This document shows, piece by piece, positions 13,368-27,331 of a stretch of DNA of 64,000 nt. The DNA is taken from assembly GCA_964016885.1 (NCBI GenBank), contig OZ024740.1, forward strand, positions 330,708,001 to 330,772,000, in the 5' to 3' direction. The DNA is from Eledone cirrhosa (lineage: Eukaryota). Position numbers and translations under genes: made by a program. Numbering within the stretch: position 1 is the first letter of the stretch; every line of letters begins with the position of its first letter. The notes under the pieces were generated by a model. That model saw only the letters and a program-made list of their open reading frames with translations. It did no database searches and was not told the origin of the DNA.

Positions 13368-15514
13368 GCACATATATGTGTTTATGTGCACGCATTCATG
13401 TTTATGTGTGGAGGTGTGTGTTCGAATATGCTTATCGATTTGTATATTTGCTCATCTGTATGTGTCCGACAAAACATATGCGAATATTAAATGTGTAAAT
13501 CTACTTTTATCAAGTTTTCATTATCAATATAACATGTGAAATGTTTCCTGCGTTATTGATATACTGCCAAATGTAAGACAAGATGAATGTAACAAAAATA
13601 TTTATCTGTTTGAGACAAAGTTACTGCAATAGATTTGAAATTTGAGTATTGGAAATTATATGAATATCTTGTGTAGAAGCATTTTCCACCTTGATTAGCA
13701 TATCTTTCACATTCGCAGTAAAAGGCTAAGAATCGTCAACTGGCTTATTATCTTAATGGTTTTCTGTTCATTTTGGTATTTAAAAATAAACTTCTGCAAA
13801 CAACTAATATTTTGCAGAGTCAGTTTATTTACGGTTAACGATTTCTCACCTGCTGCCATAAAGGCAAAAACATTATCTAAAACCTCGCAGCGAGTCTCAC
13901 AAAACAAACATGACATGTATCATGCAACTGAAAACACCAGCGACTGTTTATTTCATTTCTTTTTAATACACTAAAAGGAATTGTTATGGATTTCCTTGTG
14001 AATAACTCAAAAATATATAATTGAAATATACCATATATTACATATTAAAAATAACAGAAAAGTACCTTGCATTCGCTCATATTTACCATTAAATAATGAA
14101 TTACGAATAATATCAACGGGCAGGCCAATTCCTGATGAAATGTCGATTGTACTGGCTTTGATTACATAAGTGTTCAGTCATGTCTTAAACAACAAACACA
14201 GCAAATTCAAATATTATTCTCAGTATATTATCAGTAACACAACCACCAGGAGAATATAGTCTAGGTAATTCATGAAAGGGACCCCCCACCCACCTCGCAT
14301 CAAATTAGGTAAAATATTAAAACACCTCACAAAGGTTATCCTGTCATCCTCAATACTCGTTGTGGACACATTTCATGATCCCAAATGTATAAATCTTTGT
14401 GCCAGGTATGATGTGGAATCGAGTGAATTTATTATTTCCCACTCATAGAAATTCGTTGTCTATTTTCATTGAAATCATTCATTATTTAAATTTCAGGAAA
14501 AAAATTAAACTTAAGATATTATATCAGTCACATTGTATGAATCTAGTTATGTTGATTGTAATGACATTATTGCAAATAATCGGAGAGAGGAAAAGGAAAG
14601 AAACGACTAACTTTCTTTGACAAGAATTTAAGTTGTCAGGTGCTCAATAAAAGAATAAAAATCAAATCGTCTTTCATATGATTCTCCAAAAAACGAATAC
14701 TATAAACGTTTTCTTAGATAAATAGGACACGACACTTTTATAAGGAATGTCTTTGAGACATGTCTGGTATTGATCTTATTAAACCCTGCAGTGTTGGAAT
14801 TTAAAAGAGTTCCAGAAGATAATGATAAAAGAAAAAAATACAAAATATATAGGAAATAGAATGACATTTTATTGATGCATTAAGGTATGATTAAAATATT
14901 TGTTACGAAACTTTTGTTTACATAGGAATATCATATCCTATTCATATTTCGTATGTAACAGCGTATTATTATATCGCGTTAATACAATTTGCGGTCAACG
15001 CAAAGCAAGATAAATTCATTACCATATTATTTCCTGGTTGCTACTTAAGTCAGAAAATTACTAGTCTGCTCCATTCTGTAATACTTGTTTCAGCTTTCAT
15101 TGTTCGTCTTGTATTGAGTTTATACAGCAAGGTTTTGAATTGTGTCTGGGAGTGGTTCTATGAGTGCAATTTTGTGGTTTTGTGAAATAGGGATTGCAAT
15201 CCAAGTCAGCATTAATTATATTCAGAAACCATGCTCATCAGCTTCTCTTCTTATTGTCACATACGCAGTGGTTATGTTTCGCACAATCTTCTTTAGGTAG
15301 CATGTTTAGCATACTTTTCAGATTATGTCTGACGACAGCATGAATAAAAAGTTAAAATCTGTGCGAATCCAGGAAAACATCAAGACGATGATTATTTAAC
15401 AAATGAACCGAAACTTATCATGAGAAAGAGGAATTTAATAACTTAAACAAATGAATTGTAATTGTCGTCTAAATGCCTATGCGACTTTTATGGAAACGCC
15501 CCTGTTCCTATCGG

Positions 15515-15673
15515 ACGCCATGCTTTGCAGCACAGTTACGTCCTTTTACGGACTGAGTTCAAATCCTGCCGAGGTTAACTTTGCCTTTCATCCTTACGGG
15601 ATTGATAAAATAAAGTACCAGTAATACACTGGGATAATTGCTGGCCTTGTGCCAAAAAGTAGAAACAATTATT
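15515..15673 (+). mobile_element. tRNA-derived SINE (octopus-type), slightly 5'-truncated
   Basis: gagttcaaatcctgccgaggttaactttgcctttcatcc...gctggccttgtgccaaaaagtagaaacaattatt. Confidence 0.85.
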
Positions 15674-17201
15674 GCAATAACAATGCAAAAGTGTGTATCT
15701 TATAGTAATCCCTGATTTGACAAGAAGAAAGTGGAAGTTGAACTGACGGCGTAAATAAATATTACAATATTGCATGTTGACATACGACTTTGATATAATG
15801 CTAATTTTCTGTTTCAGTTGATGCACCCTATTCTATTTTGCTGGCAGTGTACCTGAAAACAGTAACAGGGTATTGAATCACAATCTAGTTTATGAAATAG
15901 AAAATGATTCCACGTGGATATAAAATCAGTAACAGGGCACTGAATCGCAAAATGGTTCAAAATGGATATAGGAAAGGCATTTAGGAGATTAAAGAGTAAA
16001 TCCTGAGAATAAAAAGAAATCCCTACCAAAACATAATAGGTTAGATGCCTCAACGCTGGGGAAACTACAATTTCACATGATCTTAAGTTCTAGCATCCGT
16101 GATAACGGAAGGAAAATCGCAGGCTAAGTTTGTCATAATTAATACGTTTATACACAGGATGGATGGATGGACGATCTCAAAAGACCTGAAATCATTTTAA
16201 TCTTCAGTAAACAGCTGAAGTAATCATGTAAAGTGAAAATATAATATTTTTGAGATAATGATATATTCGTTTCGGTAAAAATGTATATAAAACAAAGACC
16301 CGAAACACGTGTATATTTTAAATACTACAACAAATTAACGTCATTTCGCTAGGGAATGTGATAATAGAAATGTAAATACTATACCATGCCTACCCTAGAA
16401 TAGATAAATTGTAAAATATTAAATATTTTACAATTTATATAATAATATTGTCATATAAAAAATCCAACCAATGACATTAAACATAAGATGAACACTTACA
16501 AATGAAAACTTTTCGAATCATGTGAATGATGTGGATGTCGTAATTAGCAGCTTGAATCAGCTTTCCGTGAAAGGTTATCTGGCAATTCATTAAAGATGTA
16601 AAAGGTTATATGAGCATTAAATTAATATAATGTCTTTTATCACATACCACATTTGAATTATTCATTGGGCGGTGATGACATTCTATATTCTGAACATAAT
16701 ATTTGTTGTTTGTCAAGAAGTGTCTATTGCACCTAGATGTTAGAAAATGTTTGTTTATGTTATTTTTTTTTGTAATTTACGTTACCTTTTTATTAAAAAA
16801 ATCGATAGGTAACAGCTTAAATCGTGAGGATTTTAATACATTAAGCTTTACATATTTTCATTTGCAGTGTTAGAATGCATTTAGCTACGTATTTCAATAT
16901 TCCAGGCAACATTACTAAGATTTCTTTAAAGATTTCAGATTAAAAGTTTGTTTCATATATCTTAACAATTCAAATCCAAAATAAAATTCTTCAGTGTTTC
17001 TGAATGTGGTGGCTAAATCAACATAGTATGAAACTTGGCATACTAATCCTCATTGAAAGCTTATGTTCTACAATGTTAATTACATTTCATCGTAAGTATG
17101 ATAGTAGTGAAGGAACATTCTTTAAATGCGGTATAAATATAAGCACACCCAAACAATGTCACCGACACAAAGTAAAACTAGGATACTCCTGAGCTAAGAA
17201 C

Positions 17202-17681
17202 ATGAAGGACCACATCACCAACAGCCCTAAGAGCAAGACCCCACCGCCCGAAGCTTGTCCCCTTCAACAGGAATGCAACACATCCGCTGTCATTTATGAA
17301 TCTGTGGTCACTCCCAACCGACCAAATCAACCACAGGAGGTCAAATCCTATGGGGGTATTGCGGAGGGCCGATTTAAGAAACGCTTCCTGAACCACCATT
17401 CGACCTTTATGTACCCGGACAGACGTTCATCCACGAAACTCGTGAGCCACGTATGGTGCCCCAAGGACTCAATTATAGACTATTCCATTCAATGGAAAGC
17501 CATCACTAAGTCCAAGCCATACGCAAGGGGAAATCCGTCGTGTGGACCAAGTATTGATGAACGAATAAATATTCTAAAGAGATTATGCAATAGTGATTGC
17601 CTAAACACGAGACATGAATTATTCACACGTTGTCCACACGTCTCGAAACACTTCTTACATAACTACAAAGCTCCGGATTGA
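17202..17681 (+). pseudogene. Penelope-like GIY-YIG endonuclease fragment
   Basis: CPLQQECNTSAVIY..SYGGIAEGRFKKRFLNHHSTF..STKLVSHVW..YSIQWK..CLNTRHELFTRCPH matches the C-terminal domain pattern of Penelope/Poseidon elements. Confidence 0.85.
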
Positions 17682-19259
17682 ATCACAACAACATCCTAAT
17701 TTTCTTATAACAGGTCGATGCGCAATAAACAGTTTTACGTAAACGAACGACGTCCACGTTATGTATATATATATATAAGTATTGAAGTCTCCGTTGAAAA
17801 TTGAAAAAGTCATAGGAGTGAAGAGTGCTCTATGTAAGTACCAGAGCTAAATTTAATGTATAATAAACAATACAATATAATTACCTCATTACCAGAGGTT
17901 TCCCGAATACGACGAATACGAAAAACGTTCTCATTCGTTCATCGGCCAAGGCAATTTAAAACACAGTGAAATATTTGAAAAATCTCCTCAAGAAAGGCAA
18001 AAGTTTAACGGGCAAAATATATATATATAAATATAATGCAAAAGATACACGTATATAAAAGAATAAGGAAATATAGTTAGGGTATGTGTATATGTATGTA
18101 TATTCACTCACAAATGTACATATGTGTGTATGTACAAATGCATGTGTATAGTGAAAATGTGTGCGTAAGTACATATATGAGGGCAAGTATATTTGTGTAT
18201 GTGTGATCACAAATACGTATATAATATGAGTTGAACAAGAAATTGTAAGATAATATAGTTAACATACATCCAGATACAGGTATTAAATATATACACATAC
18301 GAGTATGAAAGCACGCGTATAAACACACACACACACGCGATCACTTATATGCGGAAGATAAAGAGGGAAGGGTGTGTAATAGTAAAAAGAAGTGTCATTC
18401 TGGATATATGTATAACAATGAAACACTATATGAGAATCAAAGAGAAAGTAAGAGGGAGGGGTTATCAATTATAAATTACCATTAGAAAACAAGAAAACAA
18501 AAATAGGTACGTACGTACACACATATATATATATATAAAAATATACATATATATATAAATACGTACAGACAAAAGCGCATGTATGCGTACATACACACGA
18601 AGCACACATATATATATCGCAACATGTATATCTAATCACACGTACGTACGCGACTATATATATGTATACATACACACCCATACATACATATACATATATA
18701 TATATATATATATACATTCATATACACATACATTCACCCACATACACACACACACGTATAAATAAGTATGTAAAAACATAGATAAAAAACACATATGCAC
18801 ACACATACATATACGCCCGCACGCACACATACGGAGGTGTTCGTATACATATACAGAACGTATACACATACATGCACACTCACACGCATAGATACAAATT
18901 ATAAACCAGCCGTATGAATAAATGAGTACAAATATAAAAGCGGCTGCGAAACAATAGAATATATCTGGAGTTGAAAACGCAAGTGACAAGTGATATCAGG
19001 TAGTGAAAGAAAATGGGGAAGTAAAATGTGGAATGTGAAGATATTAGGTAAGTGAATGAAGAAGTAGGGGGGGGGGGGTTCACTGGTGGATGTGAAGTAA
19101 AAATAAAAATAAAATTAAAAATAAAGTTAAAAATGAAAGTAAACTAGAAAGAGACCTCTGTAAAGAGGATAATTTAAGGAAAGTGAAGAACAAGAGTTTA
19201 TGGACGATAAGTATCTGAAAGTGAGTTAAGTTTATATGAGCTGGAAAGCAAGTGTGATT

Positions 19260-20845
19260 TCATGTGTGGGCAACTTGTGAAATTTCTGTTTTTGCGTTAA
19301 GGCAGGTTTTTGGTAATTTAAAGATCTGTAAAATCCAATATTTTTCACTTATGCAGAGTGTACATCTTCTTGTTCCTCTTGTATATTCTTTAGATTGGTT
19401 CAAAATTGACCAATCCAATTTATATTGGATACCTTTGTCTTTCAAATCCCATATTCTGCTAGCCAGAGCTGTTGTAAATCTTTTTTCTGGATGTCGGAAA
19501 GATGCAACATGTGAGTAATAACGCGTTTTGAATTTGTCTTGTGTCGTACCCACATATCGTTCGCTGGTGGCTGGATGGTTGTTGCTGATGGTTGTCACTT
19601 TAACCGCATATACAATGGCTTTGGTGTTGCATTTACCGTGTAATGGGTATTCACTTTTGACTCTACAGGAGCAATTTTGATGTTCTCTGGGTGTTTTCTT
19701 ATTGATGATATAACATTTAATAGGGGGACCGCAGGAGCAGCTAATTTTGACACAGTTTCTATTGAAGATCTTATAGTATCTATGTTTTCTAGGGATATGT
19801 TTATCTAAGAGCTCTAGGAATGTTTTGCCTACATTAGTTTTAACTGCTAAAGAGTAGGGGATGTGAATCAGATTATTTTTCTTTTCCTATTATTATGTTT
19901 AAAGGAGTTAGTATTGTTGGGTATGTACTTAATCGGTTCGCTAAATCAGCTATTTTGAAGGGCTTTATTATAGTAGGGGATGCCTTATTGAAAATAGCTT
20001 CTGAGGAAGAGAGGGTGGAGATCCTACGGCTAATATTAGGGATAAGGTTTTTAAAAACTATAGGAGGATGGCAAGAGCCTTTATTTATATATTTTAAATT
20101 TTCATTAGGTTTATGGTGCGGTTTATAAGAAGCAGTAGGCGGATCTAGGTTTATATCTAGAAAATTAACATTGGAAGGGTTAGTGTCAATAGTAATTTTA
20201 AGATTAAAACTAGCGAAGGTTTTAATTAAGTCTTTCCTTAATCTATCTAAGTTATGGCCTATGGTGCTATGGGAAAGTATTAGACCATCGTCACGGTAAA
20301 GCCCCAAAATATGGTTAGGGAATTTCTCTTTAAGTGTGTGTAGGAGGAATAGGCCGACTAAATCACAAACATCAGCACTGTCAAAAGAACCCATTGAGAG
20401 ATCGAATGGGTTCTCTGGTTAAATCTTTTTACGCAAGTGTCATTATTAGTAAAAAGTAGAGTGTTTCTAGCATGCAAGACGACATTCTCTTCAATATCAG
20501 AACTATTGATAAACTTTCTAGCGAAATTTAAGGCTTTCGGTAAAAGAGGGTGAGTAATAGACGGGTAGAAGTCTACATTGTCAAATTGGGTGAATCTAGA
20601 ACTATTTTTATCTTTAATATTATTAAACCAATGTACTACGGAAGAGCTGTTTATGCATTGGAGTAATTCAAACTTACTTCTAATCTATGTGTTTATATTA
20701 TAAAATCGGGTTTTTGATCTTTGAGGGTGATATAGGCATTACGTTTAGCAAGTTTTTCTGTTATATTATCTATTTTTAAAACACTAGCTAATTCTTTAGC
20801 TTCCTTATTTATACTATTATACATGTTTATATTAGCTATTTGGTA
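19260..20845 (-). mobile_element. Penelope-like element fragment (RT + GIY-YIG)
   Basis: MGSFDSADVCDLVGLFLL..GLYRDDGL..VNFLDI (19873-20394) and YVGTTQDKFKTRYYSH..CTLCISEK..CLN (19260-19598). Frameshifted. Confidence 0.9.
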
Positions 20846-20866
20846 TTTATATATATATATATATAT

Positions 20867-22238
20867 AAAATAAACTAAAATAAATAAGTCAAATATTTAA
20901 AATTTGGCTTCGTTTATTACTGCTATATATATTTCGGTGACAGCCATTAGTTTGGTAGAGACGAGTACACATGTAGTTGAGGTGTTTAACTTTGTCAATA
21001 CTCTAATATGCCCAGTTCCTGGTTGGGTTGTTATTTCACTGAGGAACTGGAATCATATGAATTTAAACAAACGAATATCAGCGTCATGGGACATCTTCTC
21101 CCATTGGTCAGTTGCGAGAACATTCCTCAGTCAAAAGTCTATAGAAATTCGTTCTGAGGCGAGGCAATCTGTAGTGGTTATGCTTGTTATTGTCAAGTAC
21201 ATCTGATCTCTACTCTTATGTTCATAGTGGTGTTTATTTTATTTGAATCTTAATTTTTATTTTTCATTAATTTTTCATTTATTTTCGATTTATTATTTAT
21301 TTTCTGTTTTCTTCATTTTATTGCCTTCTATTTCTTCATATGCATGGCACAGCCCCCCCCCCACCACCACCACCACCACCGCCACGAAAAATGGTGGCAG
21401 GATGGATGAAGAAACACACACAGATACTTCTAAATGTCAGCAGTAGCAAGACCTAGCCTGACCGCAGCACCAACACCACTACCAAAATAAGGGTCGAGGT
21501 CAGATGTACTTAACAATAGCAAAAACAAACACTACAGGTAGCCTCACCCCAGAAAGAATTTATATAGACTTTTGACTGAGGAATGCTCTCAAAACTGACC
21601 AATGGGAGGAGTGACCTTACACATTTTTCTAACATTGAGATTGGGTATAACACACACACATTTTATTTGATTATCTTATTTTATTTTGTTCTTTTACCAT
21701 CTTATTCCTTCTACCACTTCTTTATTTTGTTTAGTTGACTCCAACACCAACACCACTACGAACATAACAGTAGAGGTCAGATATACTTAACAATAACAAG
21801 AAAAACCACTACAGATTGCCTCGCCTCAGAACGAATTTCTATAGATTTTGACTGAGGAATTTTCTCACAACTGACCAATGGGAGGAGATGTCCTTTGACG
21901 CTGAAATTCGTTTGTTTAAATTCATATGATTCCAGTTCCTCAGTGAGATAACAACCCAACCAGGAACTGCGCATATCAGAGTATTGACAAAGTTAAACCC
22001 CTCAACAACACGTGTACTCATCTCTACAACACTAATTCGGACTGCCTGAAGAGGGCACATCCAAAGATGGCTGTCACCGAAATATATATAGCAGTAATAA
22101 ACGAAGCCAAATTTTAAATATTTGACTTATTTATTTTACTTTATTTTACATTACTCCGGAGTAACCGAACCGACCTGCGCACTTCGTTGAATGCTCCAAT
22201 CTGCATACTGACGTGTTGGTATACAACCAACATATACT

Positions 22239-22240
<2 letters not shown>
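20867..22240 (+). mobile_element. Non-coding Penelope-like remnant: inverted pLTR pair plus tail, between (TA)n tracts
   Basis: 20870-21208 is the reverse complement of ~21776-22147. A partial direct copy lies at ~21468-21610. The right arm contains a hammerhead motif. Confidence 0.7.
22041..22095 (+). ncRNA. Minimal type I hammerhead ribozyme
   Basis: actgc CTGAAGA gggcacatc-caaa-gatggctgtcacc GAAA tatata TA gcagt. Stem I actgc/gcagt, intact core, palindromic stem III. Confidence 0.8.

Positions 22241-22299
<59 letters not shown>
22241..22299. repeat. (TA)n microsatellite at the left border of the retrotransposon array
   Basis: Seen directly. Confidence 0.95.
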
Positions 22300-22300
<1 letters not shown>

Positions 22301-22304
<4 letters not shown>

Positions 22305-25300
22305 TTCTTTTTATTAACCACATGGGTTGACATAAAGCATAACAATCGTGTAAAGAAAACAAAAATAAAACAAAGGAAATGACAAGAAAAAAAGAAACAA
22401 TGCTCAGAAACTGGACGAGTGCTTGCACGACTGGTTCTAGCCCTGCGCGCAACTCGGATAGACCCGGTTGACGGCTCTTTCATACCTGTAGAGTTTATCT
22501 CAAACTGGCAAAGCTACCCAGTAGCAATGCCAGGCCAGGGATTTGTGGAAGTTGTCCCAGGGCCTGGGTTTGAAAGTTCCCCTGAAGAGATTGGCAAGTT
22601 GATTTTCGTCGACGTCCATAATCTCCCCAACGACATCATCGCACTACCCCTCCACTAATCATTTATATAACGCCAAATTGGAGTTTCTACCGATCGCATC
22701 ACCCGGTATCCTTATTACAAGCGCTCCTTCTCGGTCTTCGTTTGAACCAGGACTGCAGTTCTGTCAAGGAGACGGGCTGGGGAAAAATACGTCTAGCAAA
22801 CGGCGACCACACCTGATATCTTCAAGGATGAGGTAGAGATGTCGTAGCCTGAGCGTATGTTTGAGCATCTTCAGTCACGGCATGGCCAGCCATCCACGTA
22901 GCTGGTGTTGACAGCAAATGAATCGCCTGACGATCCGAACGCACCCCTTTCCCAGAGGCGAAAGAGCCAACGCTCCAAAGCAGTCAGGTGAGGCTTAGGC
23001 AAGGCACGACGGTCAGCCGGTAGTAGATGACGGAAGCGCTATAAGCGATCACGACCCCGCTCGAGCTTTGAGGGACAGTTTCTTTTCGGCTGATTTCTGT
23101 GTGAGAGAGGCCACCCTCCTCGTCACCTCGTCCCAGTTTTGTCCGTCAGGAGGTCGAAACCAGGTGATTTACCTATTGTGCAGTCAGTCATTGCTACCTG
23201 TATTTCAGCGGCTGACTCACAACACCCCGCCTCTGTGACTGAGAGCCGTGGCACTCTGGCGAGGTACGCGCTAAACTGGTCCTTGGATCGGACCCACTAC
23301 TTACCACGAACAGCTGAGCGAAATGTCGCACAAAAGCCTCACACATTTGCTCGGGTTCCAGTATCATGCGCCCGTTATGGTCCACCAAAGACCAGAGCGT
23401 GACTTTGTTGCCACGACGCGCCTCCAGAACTCAGGCACTTTGAACCGCTCTCGTCCAGTTGTTTCTGAGAACACGTGCCCTAGCTCTGACAACGTCAGCG
23501 GCTCATTGTTATTTTCTAACTGGTTTTCCCTCTGCTCTATTTCTCTCTATTGCTAACGCCTTACTAAAAATAATGTACTCTGTTATAATCGGCCTTTTCA
23601 GGGTCAACCACCATTTGTTGTTGTCAATTACCTCCGTCAATGCCCGCTCAACTAATTGGCTAATCCGGTCTCTGTAGGCTATGCGCGCTATCATCGACTC
23701 ATATATCTTCCAGTAGCTGTCTCCCTGTATATAAAACCTATCTAAGTAGACCACACAGATCACGAATTTATGGTCTGTGTAGTCGACTATTTTGAATTGT
23801 GGACAACCTGTGCTAGAAATATCTATTTCCCTGCAAGATCCTGTATCTAGATACGATTTGGATGACTCGATACGGCTTGTCCATGTCTACGTTGGCACAC
23901 TCGGAAAATTCAATCTTTACCTGTCAAACAGTTGGAAACCACTGAGCAGATTTGCAAGGCTTTTCCACACTCCTTCCCTATCCCCTAATCCCACACAATC
24001 CCAGCGTGCATCCAATATCCCGTTCCAATCGCACACTAACATTAAAGAACGGCACATTCCTCGGAAGTTCTCCAGTCGCGTGAAGAAATCAAGGCATCCT
24101 GCTCCTGTCGGGGCATAAACAGCTGCTGGTCGCGTCCAGCACCACCGACTTACCTTCTAGGGCCAGGAAGATGGTCCGTATCACGAGGTCCTGGCCTCTC
24201 TGAAACAACACAGCGACTCCGCCTCCCGATCTGGGTAGGCTTAGAGATACATCGTAACAGCGAAAGATGGGTGCGAAGGCATGTGCCTCGAACATTTTGG
24301 TCTCGTTTCCATGCTTTCATGACGACTCCAGTTTATGCTGCCTATTCTGAGTAAGGTCATGTTGAAAAGGAATGGGAAAAGATGGGAAAGACCACTTACC
24401 TCACTTCTTGTATAGTAAAGACGATTTTTCGGTCCTTCAGATTGCTTGTGGCCCCCTCCGGAAGGATGTCTTTATATACCCTCTTGGAAAGTGTTTTTCG
24501 GAAATCTCCGATGCCCTTAGGGAATTTTGATATAATGTTGTATATGTTTTCTGTGAGAGACGAGTGATTTGTATGTGTGCAGTGTGTGTGAATTTATGTG
24601 GTGTTGTATAGTTTAAGTCTGTGATGCTGGTGTTGTGTTGGATGTACTGTAATAATTGATTATTATAAGTTTAATGCTACGTAGTGTTTCGCTTTGGCTG
24701 CTTTGTTTTGTTTGCGTTTGTTGTAGGTTTGTTTCTGGTTCGCTTGTTGGTGTTTTTGTGGTGTTGGGGATCGGGGTGTTGAGGTTGATGATGGCGATGG
24801 CGCTCGTGATGCTAGTGCGGGTGGTGGCTAAGCTGTTTTAACTTTCTTGTTTCTTATTTTGTTTCGCCCTCTATTTCCTGTTTGGAGGGCGAAGGAAGAT
24901 GTATTTTTCTTTTTTGGTTTCTTTTTTTCCAAGATACAGTTTCCCACCCCTCTTCCTCGTCACAATCCGTCCCAGTCGTGAGAGGTCGGGGAGTGGAATT
25001 TCCGCTACAGGCATTGGCTTTCGTTGTGTGTGGTGGATGGTGGAGTCGCTGGTCATACTTCTGAGTGGTGGGAGCTGATGTTGTTGGTCTTGCTACTGTT
25101 GCTGCTACAGTTGCAACCGTCGTGGCTGCTGCAGTTGCCGCTGCAATTTATGCTACTGGTTTTGAAGGCTGAGCCACTGGGGTGGGTAGGAGAGGTGGCC
25201 GGGCAGAAGGCCCTTAGGTGGGCTCCCTCGCCACAAACGACACACCTACACCTTCTGCCTTCAACGATTACGGTGAGGTGGCTGCCGTCATTGAGGTCTA

Positions 25301-26484
25301 TCACAGTTGGAACCTCTTGGATTTTTTTGGTCAGCTTGGATCAGGTGCTCCATTCCAGATCCGGACCAGTTCTCCTGCTATACTCTAATCACCTCAATCA
25401 CCTTTGGGTCGGCTTCGATGTCGGCGAGGATGTAAGCCAGGGAATTTGAAAGACCGGCGGAACATGGGTCACGTTTATTCTTACGAGACTTTGAACTCGT
25501 GTGAACTCGTCACATTTTAATGGGGCCATAGAGTGCTGTCTGGCTTCCAGTGGGTTTCCAAAGAACACCTCCACTGTTCCACATCTTTGCCCACGTCGGA
25601 TGTGTGTTTTTGTGCCCACACATGTCCAAAGCTATTTGGATCTGGGTCTTGGATGCCGGCTCCACTCCGCGTGTTTTATATTGATCGTGCGGAATGATAT
25701 AGTACATAGTTTGCCCTGCTCCATGGTACTTGTTGGCGGGTGAGGCTGACCATGTAACCATTCTTCTTCACCATTCGCCTGACCTCATTCAGTTCTTGCT
25801 GGCTTACCTCAATCGTTTCGCCGCTTTAACAAAAAAACACATTTGGTTTTGCGCTGGTGTTGGTGTTTTTGTTGTTATTATTATTGTTGCTGCTGTTGCT
25901 ATCGTTGTTATTGTTATTTTTGTTATTATTATTATTTGTTCAGTTGTTGCTGTGGTGGTGCCAGTGGCGTTCGACTTGGGAGAATCCATTTTACCACGAG
26001 ATGTTTTTGTTTCAGTTATTGCTGTGGTGGTAGTGATATCAGTGGTGTTGGATGTACTGCTCGACACTGTGGTGGTGGAGATAGCGGCTTTAACACATGT
26101 ACACATTGGCAAAGTCAGGAAGTCTACGTCTGCACGTGGAAAACCTTGGTAAACTGCGCTTATTGCTGATGCTGTTATCGAAAACGTTATTGGTTTTGGC
26201 AATTGTAGCAAGGTCCATAATGGTGGTGGGAGTAGTGTGTATGTTAGATTTGCTGTCACAAGACAGCTGGTTATATTTGGGGAGACGAATGCCATCCATA
26301 TTTAAAAATAAAGTTGTTTGTTCGACAAAATAAAGTTTAAATGTTGGGCTCAATGCCTCAATATTATTGAGTATTTTTTTGAGACGGTTAATAATAAACA
26401 TTTCTCATAACTGGCAATTCAAAACAACTGAAAAACAACAAACCTTTGTGGGGCTCCCGATAATGCGCTTCCCTATGCATGACG
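22301..26484 (-). mobile_element. Tx1-like L1-clade element A, degraded, with internal deletions
   Basis: 3' end ggttaataaaaagaacatt at 22301. ORF2 remnants (GGGVAVLF, SYWK, QMCEAF). ORF1 remnants (KTHIRRGQ, VEGRRCRCVVCGEGAHLRAFC). 5' end resembles that of element D and abuts (TAA)n. Confidence 0.85.

Positions 26485-26531
<47 letters not shown>
26485..26531. repeat. (TAA)n junction tract
   Basis: Seen directly. Equivalent tracts at 27275-27330, 28410-28441, 28964-29006, 35025-35060, 35082-35100, 35644-35660, 35915-35936, 40621-40626, 46302-46334, 47597-47610 and 53335-53349. Confidence 0.95.
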
Positions 26532-26532
26532 T

Positions 26533-27274
26533 AGGATACAGAAGGAATGCTAATGGCTGCGCAGAGGCAGGCCCTCAAAACGAAGTGGTTGAAGCACCAT
26601 ATCTACAAGGAGGAGGCTAGCCCACTGTGCAGGATCTGTGGAGAGAGAGAGGAGACTGTGGCTCACATTGTGTCCGAGTGTAAACACCTAGCCCAGACCC
26701 ACTATAAGGGCTGGAGACACGATGTGATGGGCAGGGTGATCCACTGGCACCTGTGCAAAGTAAACAATCTACCACATTCTGAGAAATGGTATGAGCATAG
26801 GCCAGAGGCGGTGATGGAGAACAGTCAGGTGAAGGTGCTGTGGGATTTTAGGATACAGACGGACAAAAAACTGGAACACAATAGACCTGACCTGGTAGTT
26901 GTGGACAAAGAAAAAAGATCGTGCCTGATTGTGGATGTGGCCTGCCCGTTCGACACGAGAGTGCAAGAGAAGGAGAGGGAGAAAATTAACCGATACCAGG
27001 ACCTAAAGTGGGAGGTGAAAAGGATTTGGAACTGCCATGAAGTCAAAGTGATCCCGATTGTCATAGGCGCACTGGGGACTATCTCCAAAGGTTTCCAGGG
27101 ATGGTTAAAGAAAATCGGCCCCTTCACGCTTTTTGGAACGCTTCAAAAGGCATGCTTGCTTGGAACGGCAAGAACCCTCCGATACGTCCTGAATATCTGA
27201 GGCTGCAGGTAGTGGCTTGATATTCAATCCAACGGACTTTCCAGTTAACCAACATCAATGACTGAGATTCAAGG
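26533..27274 (+). mobile_element. R4/Dong-like RLE retrotransposon family 1, 5'-truncated copy
   Basis: ORF 26547-27200 has CRICGEREETVAHIVSEC (CCHC), RHD, RPDLVVVD, VDVACPFD and KINRYQDL (PD-D/ExK nuclease). Short 3' UTR, then (AAT)n. Confidence 0.92.
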
Positions 27275-27286
27275 AATAACAATAAC

Positions 27287-27330
<44 letters not shown>

Positions 27331-27331
<1 letters not shown>

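Noticed and set aside
16493-16582. Possible minus-strand exon (cag..gtaagt, ITFHGKLIQAANY...)
   Set aside because: A short open frame of the kind expected by chance, with no homology recognised and no partner exons.
17890-17955. Minus-strand ccgatga...gaaacctc hammerhead-like motif downstream of the second Penelope
   Set aside because: U4 is changed and stem I does not pair next to the core; at best a decayed relic.
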